Assembly: GCF_036321535.1 (NCBI RefSeq)
Contig: NC_087436.1
Coordinates: forward strand, 6,510,001 to 6,574,000
Source: Camelus dromedarius
Lineage: Eukaryota
Direction: 5' to 3'
Length of the DNA: 64,000 nt
Shown piece after piece: positions 62,616 through 64,000 of the stretch; position 1 is the first letter of the stretch, and every line of letters begins with the position of its first letter. The position numbers and the translations under genes are program-made. The notes under the pieces are model-generated. The model saw nothing but the letters and a program-made list of their open reading frames with translations. It was not told the DNA's origin and made no database searches.

Positions 62616-64000
62616 TTTTCTTTTTAAATTTTTAATGTATTGAAGTATAGTTGACTTACAATACTACATTAGTTTCAAGTGTACAACATAGTGACTCAAT
62701 ATTTTTATAGATTACCAACATACAAAGTTAATATAAAATACTACCTATATTATCTGTGCTATACATTGTAACTCTGTGACTTATTTATTGTATAACTGGT
62801 AGCTTGGAACTCTTAATATCCTTCACCTATTTTACCTCCCCCTCCCCTGTCTGGTAACTACTAGTTTGTTTTCTATATCTGTGAGTCTGTTTCTGTTTTG
62901 TTACATTTGTTTTGTTCTTTAGATATATATGAAAATATACTGTATTTGTCTTTCTCTGACTTATTTCACTAGGCATAATACCCTCCAGGTCCATCCATGT
63001 TGCTGCAAATAAGATTTTTTTCTTTTTTATGGCTGAGTAGTATATACATCACATCTCCCTTATCCATTCATCTGCTGATGGACATCTAGGTTGTTTCCAC
63101 ATCTTGGCAATTGTAAATAATGCAATGAACATTGGGATGCATGTATCTTTTCCAATTAGTGTTTTCATTTTCTTCAGATAAATACCCAGGAGTGGAACTG
63201 CTAGATCATATGGTAATTCTATTTTTAATTTTTTGAGGACCCTTCATACTGTTTTCCATAGTGGCTGCACCAATTTACATTCCCACCAACAGTGTACAAG
63301 AGTTCTCTTTTCTCCACATCCTCATCAGTACTTGTAATTTCTTGTCTTTTTGATGATACCCATTCTTACAGGTGTGAGGGATGTCTCATTGTGCTTTTGA
63401 TTTGCATTTCCCTGATGATTAGCGATGTTGCGCATCTTTTCATGTGTCTGCTGGCCATCTGTATGTCTTCTTTGGGAAAATGCCTATTCAGGTGGTCTCG
63501 TTTTTTAAACAGATTTTTGTTTTTTTGATGTTAAGTTGTATGAGGTCTTTATATATTTTGGATAATAACCCTTTATCGGTCACATCACTTGCAAATATCT
63601 TCTCCCATTCGGTAGGTTGCTTTTCATTTTATTGATGGTTCCCTTTGCTGGGCAAAAGGTTTTTTAATTTAGGTAAGTCCCATTTGTTTAGTTTTGCTTT
63701 TGTTTCCCTTGACTGAGGAGACATCCAAAAATTCTGCTAACACTGACGGCAAAAAGCATACATCTTATTTTCTTCCAGGCCTTTTATGATTTCAGGTCTT
63801 ATATTTAAATCTTAAACCCATTTTGAGTTTATTTTTGTGTATGGCATGAGAAACTGTTTTCATTTCATTCTTTTACATGTAACTGTCCAGCTTTCCCAAC
63901 ATCATTTATTGAAGAGACTCTCTTTTCCATATCCTATAGTCTTGCCTCCTTTGTTATAGACTAATTGAACATAAGTGCATGGGTTCCATTGAGCTCTCTG
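62616..64000 (-). mobile_element. LINE-1 3' portion, antisense, continues beyond window
   Basis: ttttccatagtggctgcaccaatttacattcccaccaacagtg and other canonical L1 motifs. Confidence 0.93.

Overview
This is mammalian genomic DNA, probably from a camelid judging by its tRNA-derived SINEs. The window lies entirely inside the + strand gene for the relaxin receptor RXFP1 (LGR7). I reconstructed 16 consecutive coding exons (2-17, 1932 nt). All have canonical AG/GT sites and join in one open frame: LDLa module, linker, LRR N-cap, ten LRR exons, hinge and TM1-TM6/ECL3. Exons 1 and 18 lie outside the window. The introns hold LINE-1 remnants of several ages, two solo LTRs, MaLR, MER5, MIR and CR1 fragments, three SINEs and microsatellites. 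Almost all entries in the ORF track are spurious or L1-derived. I see no evidence of a wholly new biological system. The most interesting signals are a 2-codon expansion of the linker exon, sharp local GC3/CpG peaks in exons 2 and 16 (one beside a 37-bp minisatellite), several sequence-encoded routes to truncated or decoy isoforms, and unusual L1 micro-rearrangements. Comparisons with human RXFP1 and repeat-family names come from memory and need confirming by alignment.
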